Below are positions 48,525-60,028 of a DNA stretch of 64,000 nucleotides, in pieces (the first letter of the stretch is position 1; every line of letters starts with the position of its first letter). This DNA is from Fistulifera solaris (lineage: Eukaryota). A model generated the notes under the pieces. That model was not told the origin of the DNA, searched no databases, and saw nothing but the letters and a program-made list of their open reading frames with translations. The DNA lies in NCBI GenBank assembly GCA_030295235.1, contig AP026149.1:744001-808000 (forward strand). Direction: 5' to 3'. Made by a program: the position numbers and the translations under genes.

Positions 48525-49358
48525 GGCTAATATGCACGTCTCAACGAGGATTCACACTCGATGCCGATCCGCAGAAGCAGTGACGATAATTTGTATTTAG
48601 AAAAGCACGATCAATCAGCGGCAACAGACAAGAGGTTGTCCTGTTGTTGGTTGTCGTTTAATAGATGATAATGAACGGACCTTTTCAGGAACAAGAGGCA
48701 TGCGTTCCCGGTACCGGTACGTGGTACTGTAATTATACTATTTCTAGAATTTACTACAGTAATTGAGCTGGAAAAGCCCCCCGCAAAATCAACTACAGCC
48801 TACTTTCTTGTTGACTGTGACTTCGTGCAGGAAAACGCTCGTCCAAACTTTTTATCACTGAATGAGGCAAGACAAGACAAAAAAAAACAACCGACATATT
48901 TTAGAGTCTATCGACCCCTCAAGAAAATATCAAGAATGGCTTTGAAGTGGTGTAAAATCACTTGAAAATGACGCGGTTAACAATGAACGGTCAACGGGCT
49001 GTAATTGGACCGACAAGTCATCGTCATCGTCATCGTCATCGTCGTTCTTTCCTTTTTTTCTGCGATCCTTCATTGCAAAGCCCAATGAACACAACCAGGA
49101 CTTTCATTAATGCTCTGAATCGTAGCAATGCTCTTGAACTTATTACTTTACTAAAGTATCGAGGAGAAGGCAAATGATAACGATTGACTTCTCGAGAACT
49201 ATCTCCTTTGGTATTGTCGGTCCGATCGCGGCGAAATCGTTCTTGTGCAAATTGATATCCTTTTACTTGTGCGAACGACAAACAAGCTATCAGGTACAGT
49301 AAACGGTCGGCCATTATTCTAATACAAAACAATTAACGTTACGCGTCAATTTGACGTT

Positions 49359-52087
49359 TCAGCTGCTGTTAACTTGATCACTTTCACGATTACTAAATAT
49401 CACTGATTTTCTTCTTTTCTCGCCTCGTATCCTTCGTTCTATCTCGCCGCTTATTAGTGTCATCATCTCTTGAACTTTTCTTATGCTTGACGTGCTTTTT
49501 TCTTTTCGTCTTTTTTTGTGCTGCTTTCGCTGTTTCTTATCATCTCGATCACCGCTTCTTGAAATGGGGACGCGACGCACAGGCACGGCTTGTTTCCCAT
49601 GCTCGGACAAGTACTTTGACGTTTTATTGATAAGAGCATTAATCTTTTTGTTGGCAGCATCGCTATCCGAGCTATAGTCAGAACTGGACCCAGACACCAC
49701 GCTGCTATTGTCTGAACAAGCTGAGTCGTTATAAGAGGGAGAGAAGCAAAAGCTGAAGATCCATACAAGCTGGATTTGTTGAGCTCGGATGCAGAAGCAT
49801 AAAAACCTGCAGTAGAGGCATTTGTTAGATCCATGGATGTATTGGCACTTTGATCATCGACCTTCAAATAAGCCGAATCATTTATGTCGGGCCTATGGGA
49901 AGATGTTTTGCTTTTGACTTCGTCGTCCATATGAGGTTTATCACCAAACGAGTCGCCTCTTGTCATACCAGGACGCAGACCCGAAACACGATGCGAGCGA
50001 CTCTTTCGTTGCTGATTCTCGTCTTGGTCATAATCTTCTGCAGCACGTTGCACAGCGGAATCGTTCAGTCTATTTCCATAAGAATCGCCTCTCGTCATTC
50101 CTGGTCGCAGGCCCGAAACACGATGCGAGCGACTTTTACGTTGCTGGTCGTCAGCTTCATCGTCGACATCGCCAGCGCGCTCTTGATAGGAATCGTCCAA
50201 TCCATTTCCATAGGAATCGCCTCTCGTCATTCCTGGTCGCAGGCCCGAAACACGATGCGAGCGACTTTTACGTTGCTGGTCGTCAGCTTCATCGTCGACA
50301 TCGCCAGCGCGCTCTTGATAGGAATCGTCCAATCCATTTCCATAGGAATCGCCTCTCGTCATTCCTGGTCGCAGGCCCGAAACACGATGCAAGCGACTTT
50401 TACGTTGCTGGTCGTCAGCTTCATCGTCGACATCGCCAGCGCGCTCTTGATAGGAATCGTCCAATCCATTTCCATAGGAATCGCCTCTCGTCATTCCTGG
50501 TCGCAATCCGGAAACATGGTGTGATCGATGATTTCGAGATTTATCCGCGCTATACTCATCGTCTGCACCATGTTGTTCATAAGAGTCCTCTAACCCGTTG
50601 CCATATGAGTCACCCCTCGTTATCCCAGGGCGAAGACCAGAGACCCATTTTGCCCTGTTTCCACGCTTAACAAGCGTTTGTATTGATAAGGGACTAAGGT
50701 CATCATGATCGTTTCCCAAGACCGCGGGCAGAGAGCCGCATGACGCATTGTAATCAAGGTGATCAGCTACGCCCAAACTTTGACGCTGATATTCATGCCG
50801 AAGTTGCATGATTGTAGCATTATCCCGTTTTTGTATCCTTGAGGTAAGTCGGTAACAACATGCATGGATCTTGCAATAGTTTGCCTTCGACTCATCTTTC
50901 GTGACAAAACTTCCGCTTGCTGCACAGATTTCTTCACTACCTTCTTGTTTATGAGGTCGGATGTTTCCATCATTTGCCTAGCAAGCTCTTCTTCTTTTCT
51001 TAGCTTTCTCTGAACTTTTTCCATGCGTACGTTCGTTTCATATCGATCGAGCAGCTCTTTTTTCTTGGCTGCGCGGACTTCCTTTTCAAAGTCTTCACGA
51101 TGCGCACACTTGATTTGCTGTTGCATCTCAGCAAGGCTCCCAATCTCCGTTCCTTTAATTGCATGATGTAAATGAAACATTGCATCAATACGTTGCATCT
51201 TTTCCTCCACAGTTCTGCCACTAATGGTGCCGTTACCAGCAGAGCCTCGACGTTTTGCTTTTGTTCCCAGCGTTCCGATCTGATTTTGAAGATCCTTCTT
51301 CTTTTCGCTAGCTGACTTAGCTTTTCAAACTTTTGCAGTGTTGTTCTTAAATTTCCAACAGGTTTTCGGTAAGTACCACGATGGTCATAATGGCCAGAAT
51401 CACTGTCGTCGTCATCGTCAACATCAATAATTGACCCGTCGTCGTCCTCGACACTATTTACTGGTCCTCGCATCAAGTCGCGCACGCTAGCTCTTTGAAC
51501 ATCGTCTTTTTGATACATTCTTCGACCTTCAAAGACATTAAGAACCGGCTGAAGAGCCTCGGGAAGGGCTTTTCGTCTCGGTGAACTTAGCACGGGTTGC
51601 TGTTGGTCGGCCTTTGAGCTTTTCTCGTAGAGCGAGGCCTTTTCCCAAATTTTAGTTCGTTTCGCTCTCTCAATGGCTTTGACAGGCGATACGAGAAACT
51701 CCTTTGATGCAGATGACTTGCTGGGGCTTGATAGGTCAGCGGGTACTGAGCTAGCCTGAATTTCGTGCCCTGACTCCTGAATTCTTCGACTGACGGCGTT
51801 TCCCTTTGCAACAATACGCCTTGGCGAACCAAAGTCGCTCTCGGATTCATCCCTACACGAAAGGTCTTCATACATAGTGATCTTTTGGGAGATTGCTGTT
51901 GGAATTTGTCGTCCTGCTTTGAAATATGCGACAGACGGTTCCGAGCCACTCGAGGAGTCGTCAGAATCTAAGACAACGCATATTTCGTCTTCTTTTGCGT
52001 TCTCCTGCAAAGAGCGTGCGCGTTATTCGCTTGAAAAGGATGCCTAGATGGAGGAGTTGTCATTTTGTGGTATGCTTCAGCATTCAT
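49359..52087 (-). CDS. Uncharacterised disordered protein with a coiled-coil core and six ~44-aa repeats
   Basis: Reassembled from ORFs 51000..52010, 50767..51210, 49481..50809 and 49359..49700 across about 4 frameshifts, guided by collinearity with 46464..48524. Probable ATG at 52087. Confidence 0.7.
49945..50645. repeat. 132-bp coding tandem repeat (VSGLRPGMTRGDSYG...), 6 motif copies, central ones near-identical
   Basis: cata(g/a)gaatcgcctctcgtc at 50077, 50209, 50341 and 50473. Confidence 0.95.
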
Positions 52088-52769
52088 GGAGCCGCCGTCG
52101 CTTTTGAACTCAACAAGATGATGATCGAGATGCGCTTCCACACATAGTCAAAGCCGTCAAAAATGAGAAATAATATTCTCAAAGCGACTACCTGGTACGA
52201 CCGACGACGCAGAGAAGAAAGGAACGAGAGAAGAGAGAAGAGAGAAACGAGAGAAAAAGGCCCAACGTGAATATTATGTCTCTGAAAACTGAAAACATAC
52301 GTAGTAAGTAGTAAGTGATTGGACACTGGACAAGCCATTGGTCACTGGGTTCTCTGAATATGAATCGTAATGTACTACTGTTCTTCAACTAGTTCGTTGT
52401 AGGAAAATAGAAAGCAGGATTGCGGATTGCGGATTGCGGGTCATTGCGTTCCACATCGTGAATCATGATGACTCATGACTCACGACTCATGTTTTCTCTC
52501 TCATCACCTCATCGCTCATCGAGCAGGACCACCTTGCCTCGAATGAAAAATGAAAGTGGTTTCTAGGTTTTCTGGTAGTTTCTGAAGTCAAAGGATGAGT
52601 GCATCATAGATCCTGCTCCTCTAAACATAATTCAAATGAAGTACAACAGTTGCTCCTCTCACCAAGTTTGCAGCACAAATAATACAAAGTATGGAGGTAA
52701 GGTTAGGCATTTAAGGCAATAAATAAAATTGACAAAAGGGGCCTGACGTGAATGATGCAAGTGAAAAAC

Positions 52770-53385
52770 CAAGCCCCACATTTTCTGGGTACGTGAAAAT
52801 AACACACGCCCACATTTTCTGGGTACGTGAGTACAAAGTACGGAGTACGTGAAAATACTACACCCCCACATTTTCTGGGTACGTGAAAATACTACACCCC
52901 CACATTTTCTGGGTAAGTAAGTACAAAGTACGGAGTACGTGAAAATACCACACACCCACATTTTCTGGACACGTGAAACTACTACACACCCACATTTTCT
53001 GGATACGTGAAAATATCACAAATCACAACCCACATTTTCTGGACATGGGAAAATACCACACACCCACATTTTCTGGAGACGTGAAAATATCACAAATCAC
53101 AACCCACATTTTCCGGACACGTGAAAATACCACACACCCACATTTTCTGGCGACGTGAAAATAACACACTCCCACATTTTTTGGATATGCGAAAATACCA
53201 CACACCCACATTATCTGGAGACGTGAATATACCACACACCCACATTTTCTGGAAACGTGAAAATACCACACACCCACATTTTCTGGCCAAGTGAAAAAAT
53301 ACCACACGCCCACATTTTTTGGATATGCAAAGATACCACACACCCACATTTTCTGGAAACGTGAAAATAACACACAACCAGATTT
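52770..53385. repeat. ~34-bp minisatellite, ~16-17 copies
   Basis: Consensus acacacccacattttctggNNacgtgaaaatacc; cccacatt at 53171, 53205, 53239, 53273 and others. Confidence 0.93.
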
Positions 53386-53607
53386 TATGCGGACGGATGC
53401 ATATTGTGCTGCGCATTGGCTTCAACCGATTTTTCTGAGCGCAACAAATGCGTCATGCGTTTAATATCGCACATCCTCGTCTCTTTTACGAACATAACAT
53501 TCGAATACTCCGGTTCGTCGAAATCACAGGCGAAGTACTCGAGCGAGGGGAAACAGATACCTGGTAATTCTTGATATTCTTTCGAAAAAAGTCGAGGCGG
53601 ACGAAGA

Positions 53608-54582
53608 ATGCAGCTAATCATACTGCCAGGATTGTTGAAAACCACATCACGAGGGAGTCGTAGCAACGGGAAGTTTATGCGCCCAGGCAACAACTGTCAT
53701 GTATCTTGCAAGGACCGGCCGAGACGTCAATCTGCTACTTATCATTCACCGTCTTTATCGCCTAATCCTTCTCGACCTGTTCTACCTCATTCATCACCAT
53801 CGTACGATTCCTTATCAGTGTCATCCAAATTCTGGATTATAGCACCACGTGCTATCCTGGCTGCCGGTTGGGTGTATGTTGTTCGAGAGTATTGTTTCGA
53901 TTTCACACAATGTGAAGGTCCGAGTATGTACCCCACTCTCAAGCCCTTTGGAGAAATCATTTTACTGGAAAAGTTCTGGTGTCGTCGTGCCATGGCGGGT
54001 GGTAGTACCGGAAAAAGTCGCATTCGATATGCTCAGCAACAGCAAGGAGAGGAGGAGCAAGCCGTTTGGTGGGAACCCAAAGTTTCGGTCACGGAATTAA
54101 ATCGCTATCAACCACTTTCGTTATGGGGTAAACTCCAACACTTCTTTTCACCACTCAGTGTGGGTGATTTAGTCGCAACGTGGCATCCGAATCGACCAGG
54201 AATGATTTGTAAGCGTATTTTGGGATTGCCTGGCGATCAGATTTTGTTGTCTCGGGAACAAGCGGAACGATTCCATCTACCTCCGCACCAACGACTGTTG
54301 GTGATTCCTGACGATTATTTGTGGTTAGAAGGTGATAATCCATTAAATTCGTCGGATTCGCGTGATTATGGTCCTGTACCCACGGAGCTGGTCATCGGAC
54401 GTGTTCTATTGCGGCTGTGGCTCATTCGGAAACGAGCGTGGTTTCGTCGTGGCGAGCCTCCCGTCCTTCCTCATACTTATGGAGCCGAGTCGACAGTTTT
54501 GCCAACCGGTTATCAAGGACAAATGATTGTTCGGAGCATTCCGCCACAACCGACAACTAGGAATAAACAACAAAAGACATGA
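53608..54582 (+). CDS. IMP1: Mitochondrial inner membrane protease subunit (S26 signal peptidase family)
   Basis: CEGPSMYPTL (catalytic Ser), ICKRILGLPGD (catalytic Lys), WLEGDNPLNSSDSRDYGPVP. Start codon uncertain. Confidence 0.85.
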   Translation: MQLIILPGLLKTTSRGSRSNGKFMRPGNNCHVSCKDRPRRQSATYHSPSLSPNPSRPVLPHSSPSYDSLSVSSKFWIIAPRAILAAGWVYVVREYCFDFTQCEGPSMYPTLKPFGEIILLEKFWCRRAMAGGSTGKSRIRYAQQQQGEEEQAVWWEPKVSVTELNRYQPLSLWGKLQHFFSPLSVGDLVATWHPNRPGMICKRILGLPGDQILLSREQAERFHLPPHQRLLVIPDDYLWLEGDNPLNSSDSRDYGPVPTELVIGRVLLRLWLIRKRAWFRRGEPPVLPHTYGAESTVLPTGYQGQMIVRSIPPQPTTRNKQQKT

Positions 54583-54693
54583 AATTTAGGACACAGTAGA
54601 CAGAAGCAGCACTTTACTTTTCTTTTAGCTAGACATCTTTAAGCTAACGGCCGGCATATCATATATTATTATTTGGTTCAGAGACATAATGAT

Positions 54694-55485
54694 TTAGCCC
54701 ATCTTGAGAAGACCCTTTCCAGCGTTAACGGCGAAGAAAGTATCCGCAAAGACAAGAGCCAAGACGGCCTGCAACTTCATGACAATGTTCAAGGCTGGTC
54801 CGGACGTGTCTTGGAACGGATCACCCACAGTGTCACCGACAACCGCCGCCTTGTGAATGTCCGATCCCTTGCCCTGAAGTTCACTGTCCGGAGAAGCTTT
54901 TTCAATATATTTCTTAGCATTGTCCCAAGCACCACCCGAGTTGGACATATGTGGCCAACTGAATGGAAGCGATCAAAGAACCAACCAAGAGACCCGAGAC
55001 AGCCGAAACTCCAAAGAAGATACCGGTCAAAAGAGGAGTGAAAATAACCATGGCCGCAGGGGGAACCATTTCACGAAGAGAAGCCTGAGTACTGATGGCA
55101 ATGCAAGCATCGTAGTCCGGTCGTTCCGTAGGGTTGGCATCCAAAAGATGAGGCTTTTCGTCAAACTGACTCTGGACTTCCAAGACCATAGCCATGGCGG
55201 CTTCACCAACACTCTTCATGGTGAGAGCAGCAAAGGCGAACGGGATCATACCACCCACAATCAAGACCACCCACAATCAAGAAGGCAAACGTAACAGGCT
55301 CCAACATATTGACACCATCGGCAAAGACTTCGTCTCCGGAAGCATGGCGAATGCGTGTAACGAAGGCACCAAAGAGAGCGAGAGAGACAAGAGCCGCGGA
55401 ACCGATGGCGAAACCCTTTCCGATAGCAGCAGTCGTATTACCAGCAGCATCCAAAGCATCGGTCTTTTCGCGTTCGGAAGGATAT
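54694..55485 (-). pseudogene. C-terminal fragment of a H+-translocating pyrophosphatase (V-PPase)
   Basis: [60 protein letters not shown]. No upstream coding part is visible. A 16-nt tandem duplication at 55250-55281 and a further frameshift near 54950. Confidence 0.85.
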
Positions 55486-56032
55486 TGCGTCATGAGGAGT
55501 CATGACTCTTGACTGAAGTGCAGTGTGCAGTGGTGTCCTCCTACAGCGTGGGTGTACAAGGATAGAAGGAGGTAAACGCTGGTTGCAATATTCTCGATGC
55601 TCATCAACGCAAAAGCTATTGCCTGTCGTAACATCATAAGCTTGAGAAAGTTTCAGAATGGACAGAGGATTGGGTGCGATCCGGCTCGAAATATATTACG
55701 GAGTACTCCGTATATCCATTCGTATATGCAAATGAACGTCAAATTTGCATTCTGTCTTGAGGAAATTAGGAATAAATCATATTATACCTGGTAGTAAAAA
55801 AAAATCGTCTTCGTAATTCGTGACTGAAAGCACTCGTGGCGGAAAGTCGCGTACACTTTAGTGCAGTATCAGTATCAGTATCAGTTTAATGTTGTAGGGT
55901 ACACCAATCATTCGCGGTCATCTTTCTCGTCGGCAATCAAAACAACAGAAACAAAAAGTCATCTTCGCAACGCGATATCCTGACAATATGAAATAATAAT
56001 GATTCGATCATCCCTGAGAAATATATAATATC

Positions 56033-58573
56033 GTGTTACAGATGAAGTCCACATGTGGTGAATCGATTGCGGCGAAGTTGGCACTCTTTGAAGCAACGAT
56101 TGCGACAAACGATGAATCGACTTCCCGTTCGTTCATTGCAAATTTCGCGAAAAAGGAAAGAGGCCAAATGCGCCGAAGGTCTTTAGCTTCTTACCCTCCA
56201 TCAGTTCCCGTTCAAGTCGAATCTCTGGAAATTGTAGAAATGAGCGAAGTCACAGAAACAGAAAGAGGCGAAGACATCTTGGAGTACTCGAACAGAGAGC
56301 GCTCCGGAAACCAGCGTCGTCTTGTCCCCGAGCATTTCGAGCCCAGAGCTAGGCGACATAGCATGACAATGACCAGTAGGAAGCAAAGTTTGACGGATTG
56401 CCGACATAGTTTGACTGGTTCTCTGTACAAGTTAGACGCAAGTACCGATGATTCGCATGATACAAGTGCATTTTCGCGACAAGACACGGTCAAAAGCATA
56501 GCCAGGCAATTCGAGGCACAGCATGAAAAGGATGACTCGACATTCGACCTTGTTCAGCCTGCAAGACACACGTCTGCTGCTTTACAGCCAACGATTGAAG
56601 CCTTTGAGTCAGTGCAACCGGTCAAACATACCGATGACTACGAAAATTACAAAGAAGAGCTTGCACAGACTTGCTCGGGGTTATTAGACCAAAATCGAAG
56701 AGTATTTCTCATACAGCCAGAGGAAGCGCGGGAAACGAACTCAAGACTATACGTGAGAAAAAGTTCTCGCAGAAAGACTGATTCAAGTAGTGTAAGGCCT
56801 CATGGATTGGACGAAAGAGCGGACGAAGAGTCATTATCAAGCTCGGAGGAAGACAACGACAGTTCATTTTCGAGCCATTCATCCGATGATCAAAGCCATA
56901 CTGAGCCGAGCAATGGTGTAGACGACCAGTCTTGTAAGCGTATTCACTCGTTAAGACCGGGAATGGAGAGAGGGCATAGTATCGAAAATCTAAATGAAGA
57001 GATGCATTTGATGCACACCCACGAATTGACAGGAAGTTCTGAGTATCAGGATGGAGACTACGAGCGACCCCGTAGACGCGTCAACGCTCTTCGCCCAGGA
57101 ATGGAAAGGGGGCATAGTGTCGAGAACCTCTCAGAAGAAATGAAACTGGTAGAAACTGCTGCAACAAGGAAAGGGAGCCCTGCCATTCCGGATGGAATCG
57201 ACGAGCGACCCCGCCGACGTGTCAACCCACTTCGTCCGGGAATGGAAAGGGGGCATAGCGTTGAAAACTTATCAGAAGAGATGCAGCTGGAGAGAAATAC
57301 TGGAATGGAAGAGAGTTATTACAACCTGGATGGAAAGGAAGAGCGTTCTGGTAGGCGTGTCAACCCGCTTCGCCCAGGAATGGAAAGGTGGCATAGCGTC
57401 GAAAATCTATCAGAAGAGATGCATTCAATGCACAACTCTGAAACGCGAAAAAATTCTTCTGAAGATGAATACCCAAATAAAAAAGAGCGACCTCGAAGAG
57501 GTGTCAACGCACTTCGCCCAGGAGTTGAGAGGGGGCATAGTATTGAGAATTTGTCGGAAGAAATGAGCTTGTTGCACATATCTGCAACGGAAGATATTTT
57601 CGAAAATCGATATGGCGTGGTCGAGCAACCCCGTACACGTGTCAACGCTCTTCGACCGGGAATGGAAAGGGGGCACAGTATTGAAAACTTATCGGAAGAA
57701 ATGCAGTTGTTGCATAGCTCTACAAGCAGAGAAAGCTCTGATCATCAAGATGCAGTAGTCGAACGACCCCGTAGACTTGTCAGCTCTCTTCGACCGGGAA
57801 TGGAAAGGGGACACAGTTTCGAGAACCTGTCGGAAGAGATGCAATTGCTGCATAACTCTACAAGCGGAGAAAGTTACGAACATCAAGAGGCAATAAACGA
57901 GCGTCCCCGTCGACGAGTTAACGCGCTTCGCCCGGGAATGGAAAGGGGACACAGTTTCGAAAATCTATCCGAAGAGATGCAGTTGATGCACAATTCTACA
58001 AGTGGAGAAAGTTACGATCTTCAAGATAGAACGCACGAGCGTCCTCGTAGACGTGTCAATCCTTTAAGGCCGGGAGTCGAGAGGGGACACAGTATTGAAA
58101 ATTTAGTGGAAGAGATGCAGCTAGGGCACCAATCTGAAAAGGGAGCAAGTTCTAGTGGTCATGATGGATACGACGAACAAAGTCGGAAACGTGTGAACCT
58201 TTTAAGACCGGGAGTGGAGAGGGGCCATAGTATTGAAAACTTATCGGAAGACATACATTTGTTGCAGACTTCTATAACGGGAGAAATTTCAGGTGGTAAC
58301 GATGCAAGGGATGAGCGACATCGTAGACGGGTCAATACGCTTAATCCAGGCATAGAAAGAGGCCATAGCTTTGATGACGATGTAGAGGGCCTCGTCGCCA
58401 TGCAGTCCTCCTTTGCAGAGGTTGGCGTCGCCGATGATATGAGTTCAGCTTACTCTTCATCATCTGACGAAAGTGATGACTTTCCGATAAAGGAGATTGC
58501 TTTTAAGCGTCGCCGCCGCAGAAGGAGAAGAAAATATTGGAACGACTCACATGCGGCGAGAGAAGCTGTTTAA
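56033..58573 (+). CDS. Uncharacterised disordered protein with eleven ~46-aa repeats
   Basis: 846-aa ORF (first ATG at 56042). The repeat core RVNALRPGMERGHSIENLSEEM is conserved with synonymous variation. The C-terminus could be affected by an indel. Confidence 0.85.
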   Translation: MLQMKSTCGESIAAKLALFEATIATNDESTSRSFIANFAKKERGQMRRRSLASYPPSVPVQVESLEIVEMSEVTETERGEDILEYSNRERSGNQRRLVPEHFEPRARRHSMTMTSRKQSLTDCRHSLTGSLYKLDASTDDSHDTSAFSRQDTVKSIARQFEAQHEKDDSTFDLVQPARHTSAALQPTIEAFESVQPVKHTDDYENYKEELAQTCSGLLDQNRRVFLIQPEEARETNSRLYVRKSSRRKTDSSSVRPHGLDERADEESLSSSEEDNDSSFSSHSSDDQSHTEPSNGVDDQSCKRIHSLRPGMERGHSIENLNEEMHLMHTHELTGSSEYQDGDYERPRRRVNALRPGMERGHSVENLSEEMKLVETAATRKGSPAIPDGIDERPRRRVNPLRPGMERGHSVENLSEEMQLERNTGMEESYYNLDGKEERSGRRVNPLRPGMERWHSVENLSEEMHSMHNSETRKNSSEDEYPNKKERPRRGVNALRPGVERGHSIENLSEEMSLLHISATEDIFENRYGVVEQPRTRVNALRPGMERGHSIENLSEEMQLLHSSTSRESSDHQDAVVERPRRLVSSLRPGMERGHSFENLSEEMQLLHNSTSGESYEHQEAINERPRRRVNALRPGMERGHSFENLSEEMQLMHNSTSGESYDLQDRTHERPRRRVNPLRPGVERGHSIENLVEEMQLGHQSEKGASSSGHDGYDEQSRKRVNLLRPGVERGHSIENLSEDIHLLQTSITGEISGGNDARDERHRRRVNTLNPGIERGHSFDDDVEGLVAMQSSFAEVGVADDMSSAYSSSSDESDDFPIKEIAFKRRRRRRRRKYWNDSHAAREAV
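56935..58380 (+). repeat. ~138-bp coding tandem repeat, 11 copies
   Basis: Equivalent positions at 56943, 57081, 57222, 57360, 57504, 57642, 57780, 57918, 58056, 58194 and 58332. Confidence 0.93.
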
Positions 58574-58896
58574 CTATACTTTACTGCAATTATTGATGGT
58601 ATCGATCAAATATCTAGTGCAGTCTTTCATTGTTAGCCAAGCTATAAGATCATTAGAAATGCCTCAGATCATGTTGTGTCAAGCTTGGCAACCGTAGATC
58701 GTCTTAAAAAATCAAACGACACCAGACATTGATAAAGCATATTGTTTTGATCTCTAACCCGTTCCATCACTCTAGTTGAAAACAGGAGTATGGCTGAGAC
58801 ACATTGTCGTCATTAAAAAATCGCATGTCCGAACAATATCCTCCTTTTTGTAGTCACAAATGTCAGTAGACAACATACTCCCCTTTAAAGTCGGTT

Positions 58897-60028
58897 CTAG
58901 GTAGCCGATGCCTCCTGCTGAGAATGCTGCGCTATCTTCTGGGTGGCTTGCCTTGTAATCGCCACAGGACATGCCTCATCGCCTTTCTCTGCTGCCGCAT
59001 ATTCATGAGGGCACAAATTACGTCCTTTGTTTCGAACGGCATGAACAGTGTCATGCAAGTACCGTACGACTGGATCGTTCATCTCGTCTTCATCCCATAC
59101 TTTTGAATGCAATAAATACAACATAAGCCAGCACGGCAAGTACCAAAGAGACGTCAGAAAAACCTTGCGAGCGTTTGAGTTTGTTTGCTCGTTACAAAAC
59201 CTTCGAGCAATTTTCATCGCGTAGGCGTTCAAAACAATACCTTCCAAAGCAAACATATTACTGGTCATTCCGGCCGCAGTAGAAATGAATGGTAGCGTAG
59301 CCAAATACCATGTGTACCGCACAATTAGTTTCGCAGCTCTGTCCGGATCTACACATGAGAGCATCTGAAAGCCACCGCGGGCATAATCAATACGATGCAT
59401 ATACGACAAAGCGAAAAAATGCGGCATTTGCCAGACATACAACGTCGTCCCTAACAAAATAGCTTGAGCATCTAATGCACCTCCCGTGGCGGCTGAGTAA
59501 CCAATCTGCAGTCAAGTCGCGAGGGTAAGAAACGACCGATGAACATGCATGATGTGAAATCGCAAACAATAATCTTACCAAAGGCGGTACTGCTCCAACA
59601 ACAGCTCCCACCCACGTATTTATAACGGATCGAGGTTTTAGGTATGTGTACACCCCCGAGTAAAGAAGAATATTGCCAAACCCCAGCGCGGCGGCAATAG
59701 GGTCGGTCATAGCCAGAAGCGCAGTCCCACCAGCACCCCATAACGTTGCGGCAGTTTTAGCTTCAGCGATAGAGAGTGCACCAGTAACAAGCGGGCGTGT
59801 CTGAGTCCGTTTCATGCGAGAGTCTTTATCTACTTCAAATATTTGATTTAATGCGGCCGCACTACTACTGCAGAGCGCCGTTCCCATCATACAAAGCGCA
59901 AATTCAGACGTTAGAACAGGACCAGCAGCAGCCACATATCCTGCTGCGCTTGTTGTTACAACAAGAGCTGAGAGTTTGGCTTTAGCCAAATCTGAGTATG
60001 CCGCGAGCATTGAAATTCGAGGGCGCAT
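58897..60028 (-). CDS. COX10: Protoheme IX farnesyltransferase (heme O synthase)
   Basis: LAKAKLSALVV, ALNQIFEVDKDSRMKRTQTRPLVTG, YTYLKPRS..NTWVGAVVGAVPPL|IGYSAA, WQMPHFFALS...DYARGGFQML. Intron 59506-59578. The 5' end is unresolved and may extend upstream. Confidence 0.92.

Noticed and set aside
52770..53385. CRISPR array
   Set aside because: Units are contiguous degenerate repeats with no unique spacers, there are no cas genes, and the context is eukaryotic.
52659..53425. Cys/Trp-rich ORFs over the minisatellite
   Set aside because: The 34-bp period is not a multiple of 3 and the same peptides cycle through frames, so these are repeat artefacts.
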